A stretch of 39,515 nucleotides of DNA from Candidatus Udaeobacter sp. (GTDB taxonomy: Bacteria > Verrucomicrobiota > Verrucomicrobiia > Chthoniobacterales > UBA10450), in contig JBEDUS010000200.1 of NCBI GenBank assembly GCA_040414975.1, positions 1-39,515 of the forward strand. Direction: 5' to 3'. Below are positions 35,966-39,515 of the stretch, piece by piece; position 1 is the stretch's first letter, and every line of letters starts with the position of its first letter. Below the pieces are notes generated by a model, which worked only from the letters and a program-made list of their open reading frames with translations, was not told the DNA's origin and made no database searches. The translations under genes and the position numbers were made by a program.

Positions 35966-36689
35966 TTACCATTTGCCCACGTGCGCACCGCCGTCCACGT
36001 GCAGCACCTCCCCGGTTACCTGATGAGCTTCCGTGAGATAAACAATCGCATCCACGATGTCTTTCACATCGGAAATCTGTCCCATCGGTTGGAGCGTCTT
36101 AAGAAAATCTTTCGAGTCATTCTTGTGCATAGGCGTATCGACCTCGCCCGGCGCGACCGCGTTCACGCGTATGCCTTGTTTCGCGTATTCCATTGCCAGG
36201 CTACGAGTGGCGGCCTCAAGGCCGCCTTTTGTGATCATCGCAACGGCAACGTTTATTCCGGCGATCGGGTGATCCACCAACGTCGACGTAATGTTGATGA
36301 TGCTTCCGCCGGTCTTCTGAGCCAACATCTGCTTGATCGCGAGCTGGGTCATGAAGAAAAAGCCTTCGATGTTCACGGAAGAGAGAGACCGCAGATCGTC
36401 GAGTGTGTAATCGGTGAAGTGCTTCGAGAAGAATATACCGGCGTTGTTCACGAGCGCGTCGATCCGGCCGAATCGCGACACGGCACTGTTCACGATCTTT
36501 GGGGCCGTGTTCGGGTCACTGATGTCACCGTCGACCAATGCAAAGATTCGGAGACGCCGGGAACGGGTTTGTTTTGGTAATGTTTCGCGAGTTCGCAACT
36601 ACCGTATAACCACGTTTCAAAAACGCTTCCACGGTTGCCACGCCGATCGCCTGTGAGGCGCCGGTAACGATGGCGTTTTTCGTATTCAT
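35966..36689 (-). pseudogene. Short-chain dehydrogenase/reductase (SDR) with a 1-nt frameshift
   Basis: ATG 36689 opens MNTKNAIVTGASQAIGVATVEAFLKRGYTVVANSRN...SPNL, the TGxxxGIG-type Rossmann N-terminus, which hits a stop at 36527-36525. The remainder (ALVDGDISDP...NNAG...Y..TKGGL..., track ORF 35966-36598) is in another frame. The switch maps to the A-run at 36542-36544. Confidence 0.75.
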
Positions 36690-36698
36690 TTATGCTCT

Positions 36699-36906
36699 CT
36701 ATATATAAGGACCATTCTCTTTATTTGGCCACCGCGTCGCCACCACCCGGTCGGCGGAGATCGGCGATTGCCTCTTCCGGAACGTTGACGTGGAAGGGGC
36801 GGATTGCCTTGTCGTCGGCAGCAGCGGCCCGCAACCCCCTGCGGACTAATTGGAGCGGCGAGCAGGAAAAACAGGAAACTTTAAGCAAACAGGCTTTTAT
36901 TTTCAT
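36699..36906 (-). pseudogene. Remnant of an epoxide hydrolase N-terminal (EHN) region
   Basis: IRPFHVNVPEEAIADLRR is followed, after a frame change, by RVVATRWPNKE. This matches the EHN signature (IRPF.V.VP...L.DLR.RL..TRWP..E). The reading then stops after ~7 more codons, directly abutting the SDR start. Confidence 0.4.
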
Positions 36907-37156
36907 AGGATTCTGCTTGCCGCGTCCGAGAGAACTCACCCACCTCTTTCACGATCCCCTTCGGCACTCCCTCGGATGCGAGAGCCTCACGCCGGCGCTC
37001 AATGTATCGCTCGGCGCAGAAGCATCGGAGGTGCGCGAAAAACCAATTTGCGCGTCCGTTCTTGTATTACAAACGGACATGATGGGTGATTAATGTTCTC
37101 TCTCTTGCGGTAAACTCCGAAAACTCCTGCCGCGGATGCACGATGCTGGCGGGAAT

Positions 37157-37249
37157 CTTCAGACTATCGAAGCCAGCGGCCCCATTGTGGAGGAGCTTCA
37201 ATGTGATTGCCACGACACCCTGCCGTGGCTTATCTCTTTCTCGTTAGGC
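37157..37249 (+). repeat. attC copy 3: degenerate R'' and shortened L'', intact L'/R'
   Basis: The 3' 47 nt (TGATTGCCACGACACCCTGCCGTGGCTTATCTCTTTCTCGTTAGGC) are near-identical to attC 1, and R'=GTTAGGC (37243-49). The 5' end reads CTTCAGA-CTATC-GA---AGCC instead of RYYYAAC-N5-GATGAAGC. Confidence 0.65.
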
Positions 37250-37293
37250 TGCCCCGGGCGTCACCCTGGCCAACCCGCTTGGATCCAATACTC

Positions 37294-37863
37294 ATGACCA
37301 AAATCGACATTGCGGCCTCAGACCAGCATTTCGAGCAGATCCTCACTCTCCAGCGACGCTATCACACCCGATCCCTCTCAGCCGAGGCACAGGCGCAGGA
37401 GGGCTTCGTCTTCGCGCAGCATTCTGTACCCCTGCTGCGCCGCATGGCCGCCGAACTACCACAAGCGGTCGCACTGGTAGACAACGTCGTCGTTGGTTAC
37501 TGCCTTTCCCTACCGCTGTCCCTACGCAACGAACTCCCGAGCCTCGCACCCATGTTCGACCAGTTCAGCCGTTGCGTATACCGGGGGCGCCCACTCTCCG
37601 ATCTCAGGTTCTTCGTAGGTGGCCAGGTTTGCGTTGATAGGGCACATCGGGGGCGGAGGCTTCTGGCCCGTCTCTACGACCGCGTCCGGGAATCCCTGCA
37701 TACCGAGTACGAACTGTGCGTCACGGAGATCGCCACTCGAAACCAGGTCTCGGTTCGAGCTCACAAAAAGATGGGTTTCGAGGTGATTTCCACGTACTCA
37801 GACGACCGCGAGGAATGGGTCATAGTCACTTGGGATCTTTCTCGACCCGCGATAATCGCCTGA
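37294..37863 (+). CDS. GNAT family N-acetyltransferase (cassette-orientation ORF after attC 3)
   Basis: The ATG at 37294 lies 45 nt after R'. VGGQVCVDRAHRGRRLLARLY is the acetyl-CoA-binding R/Q-x-x-G-x-G/A-type motif, and ATRNQVSVRAHKKMGFEV is the C-terminal motif. Confidence 0.75.
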   Translation: MTKIDIAASDQHFEQILTLQRRYHTRSLSAEAQAQEGFVFAQHSVPLLRRMAAELPQAVALVDNVVVGYCLSLPLSLRNELPSLAPMFDQFSRCVYRGRPLSDLRFFVGGQVCVDRAHRGRRLLARLYDRVRESLHTEYELCVTEIATRNQVSVRAHKKMGFEVISTYSDDREEWVIVTWDLSRPAIIA

Positions 37864-38796
37864 ATAATCATTAGGTGCATCCTCATGCGGAGAGTTTCGC
37901 AAAGGTCTTCACACGCGCACGAGGATCCCGAAGACTTTGATCACCGCGACCCCGCTGGCGATCGGAATAATTGGCGGTGGTCGTGCTGCTGCTTGCTTCT
38001 CCCAAAGTGACCGGAGCGCGAGAAGCATGTTCTACCTCCTCTCTTTGAGAATTGCCGCAAATCCGACCGGATTTCGGCGATAAGGCGGTCCAGAATCTTT
38101 CTGAACCAGCGCGAGCAATTTTCTCGCGTCTTCAGAATCGGCGGCACGCGCTTGTCGAATGTCTTTCGCGGTTGCACGATCAATAGTTACTTCGACGTTG
38201 CCGCAATCTTCGGACTTATCGATTGTCCGTGTGGACAGGAAGTGAAATGGCCGTCTGGGCGGACGACAACTTTCTCAACACCGGCGGCAGGATACAATCC
38301 GGGGCGATGGTGCTGGTTTCTTGCGGGAGTTACCCCGGCGGGTCGCCGCGTCGCGACGGCGCTTGGCCCACCAGCCCGATCTTGTGCGTCGCGATCTGCT
38401 TCTGTTTCATGACGCCGCCAAGTCACGATAGAGCGGTGCTGGACTTTTGCGAGCCAATCTGTTGTGCGGCATCCGGAAAAGCGCGTGGCGATGCGGAAAG
38501 CTGTTCGGGAGAAGCGACTGCGCGGGGCCCCACGGTGCGCAGAGGCGAATTATGCAGTTTGGGGATCGTGCTTATTTAAACTGCATCACTTTCGGGATGT
38601 GAGCCGTCGCGACCCGAAAATAGTCGTGATCGGCGCGCCTACCGGCATCTCATTCGATCTGCCTAAGCACCACCGATATTTGATGTTTCTCGTGCGAGAA
38701 GCGGGCGATCGGTTCGCTCCTTTCGCTGGTCAAACGGATGTGGAACTTGTCTCAGTGCGGGAGCTAGTTGGCACGTCAGTGGATTAACGTGATTTC

Positions 38797-38859
38797 ATCT
38801 AACCATTCGATGAAGCCAATGGCCCCTCAGCGTTTCGCGGTGAAGGCGGTTGCTGCCGC
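38797..38859 (+). repeat. attC copy 4: 5' half only (R''=ATCTAAC, L''=GATGAAGC), embedded in a coding frame
   Basis: ATCTAACCATTCGATGAAGCCAATGGCCCCTCAGCG aligns with the 5' halves of attC 1 and 2. I found no L'/R' partner within 200 nt. Confidence 0.5.
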
Positions 38860-39190
38860 TACTGCGCTGATCCTGGCGATGACTGACCGCGCTCTTCCGC
38901 TCCGCTTCCTGATTGAGGAGCAGCGGGCGAAGATCGAGCCCGCCGTCAAAAAGTTCCAGCAGGAATGCAGCGGCCACACCGACAGCCAAGCGTGCAAGGA
39001 AAAGCGCGACGCGCTGGTGGAGGCGCTCGACGACTTCCTCAGCTTGGTGCAGAACGGGCTCAAGGTCATTGACGCCCACGCCGGTGACGCGAGTGACGCC
39101 GATTACCAGAAGAAAATAGAGGCGCTCCGGGCACGAGCGCAGCAGCATCTCCAGTGGGGGCAAGAGCAGCGGAAGGCGCTAGGGCAATGA
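38810..39190 (+). CDS. 126-aa secreted, predicted all-helical protein of unknown function
   Basis: The ATG at 38810 lies inside the L'' box. MKPMAPQRFAVKAVAAATALILAM looks like a signal peptide. The remainder is charged and helical (EEQRAKIEPAVKKFQQE...KKIEALRARAQQHLQWGQEQRKALGQ). Confidence 0.5.
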   Translation: MKPMAPQRFAVKAVAAATALILAMTDRALPLRFLIEEQRAKIEPAVKKFQQECSGHTDSQACKEKRDALVEALDDFLSLVQNGLKVIDAHAGDASDADYQKKIEALRARAQQHLQWGQEQRKALGQ

Positions 39191-39515
39191 CTAGGGCCCA
39201 TCGTATCGGCTGAGCGTGGTAGCGCCTTCCTCACGATACTGATGATCGCACTTTGGGAAAAACGTTTTGCGTAACCAAAGTTCAATCTTGTCGCGGACTG
39301 CGGGCATCAGTCTTATTCAATCACAACGCGCCGGGATCGTGAAGGGCAATCGTGACCCCGCAATTAACGGTCGATGGGCGCGTTATCGACTCGCGGTGCG
39401 CCCTGTTGCTCATCGCGAAAGTTATGGCGATCTCTGACTTCGGACAGTCTGGTCGGGCGTGTTGTTTGCGCGGTGCATGACGTGAGAATTCCCAGCGCCA
39501 TAATCGCGCCCCCGA

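Larger units (their letters stand above)
32463..39190. mobile_element. Chromosomal integron: intI (frameshifted), attI, and cassette-array remnants (right boundary uncertain)
   Basis: See the component features below. They comprise an IntI-type recombinase, a divergent attI ending in GTTAGAT, one complete attC and three partial attC copies sharing long identical stretches, and short ORFs in cassette orientation. Confidence 0.7.

Noticed and set aside
39269-39290. GCGTAACCAAAG after the last ORF, read as a fifth attC R'' box
   Set aside because: Only TAACCAA is shared with the other copies. It has one mismatch to RYYYAAC, no GATGAAGC L'' box, and no downstream L'/R'. The evidence is too weak.
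39364-39501. 45-codon minus-strand ORF with a lipobox-like MALGILTSC at the right edge
   Set aside because: It is short, has no RBS and no family motif, and the upstream region runs off the window. It cannot be supported.

Overview
39.5-kb chromosomal window, mid-50s % G+C by eye. The gene content suggests a soil Verrucomicrobiota- or Acidobacteriota-like Gram-negative, but that is only a tentative guess. All family calls come from motif recognition by eye; no searches were run.

Genes, left to right:
- a partial secreted HAF-like repeat protein;
- an ECF sigma factor paired with a zinc-ribbon / Ser-Thr kinase / TPR sensor;
- a Kelch-repeat exoprotein;
- cell-wall genes (a DPBB-like secreted protein and a lipoprotein L,D-transpeptidase);
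- a tightly packed minus-strand operon: DUF2911/TPR, an 864-aa exported PIG-L/LmbE deacetylase, a 39-aa membrane micro-protein, a Na+/solute symporter, a short BshC-like protein and a BshA-like GT4;
- a tandem PG-binding protein;
- the conserved rnpA-yidD-yidC-jag block, without rpmH;
- a small lipoprotein, ald and yqgE/algH;
- a DUF4230 plus AsmA-like pair;
- dnaE;
- glnB, an unknown ~6-TM protein, and glnA.

The right-hand ~7 kb is the most unusual part. It is a chromosomal integron with a frameshifted intI, an attI with two direct repeats, one textbook attC and three progressively degraded attC copies. Its cassettes and neighbouring genes carry an in-frame stop, a frameshift and a truncated remnant.

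Non-genic signals include heptanucleotide tandem repeats, a composite palindromic element, and an orphan strong intrinsic terminator overlapping a 32-codon hydrophobic sORF.

No rRNA, tRNA, CRISPR array or transposase was recognised.
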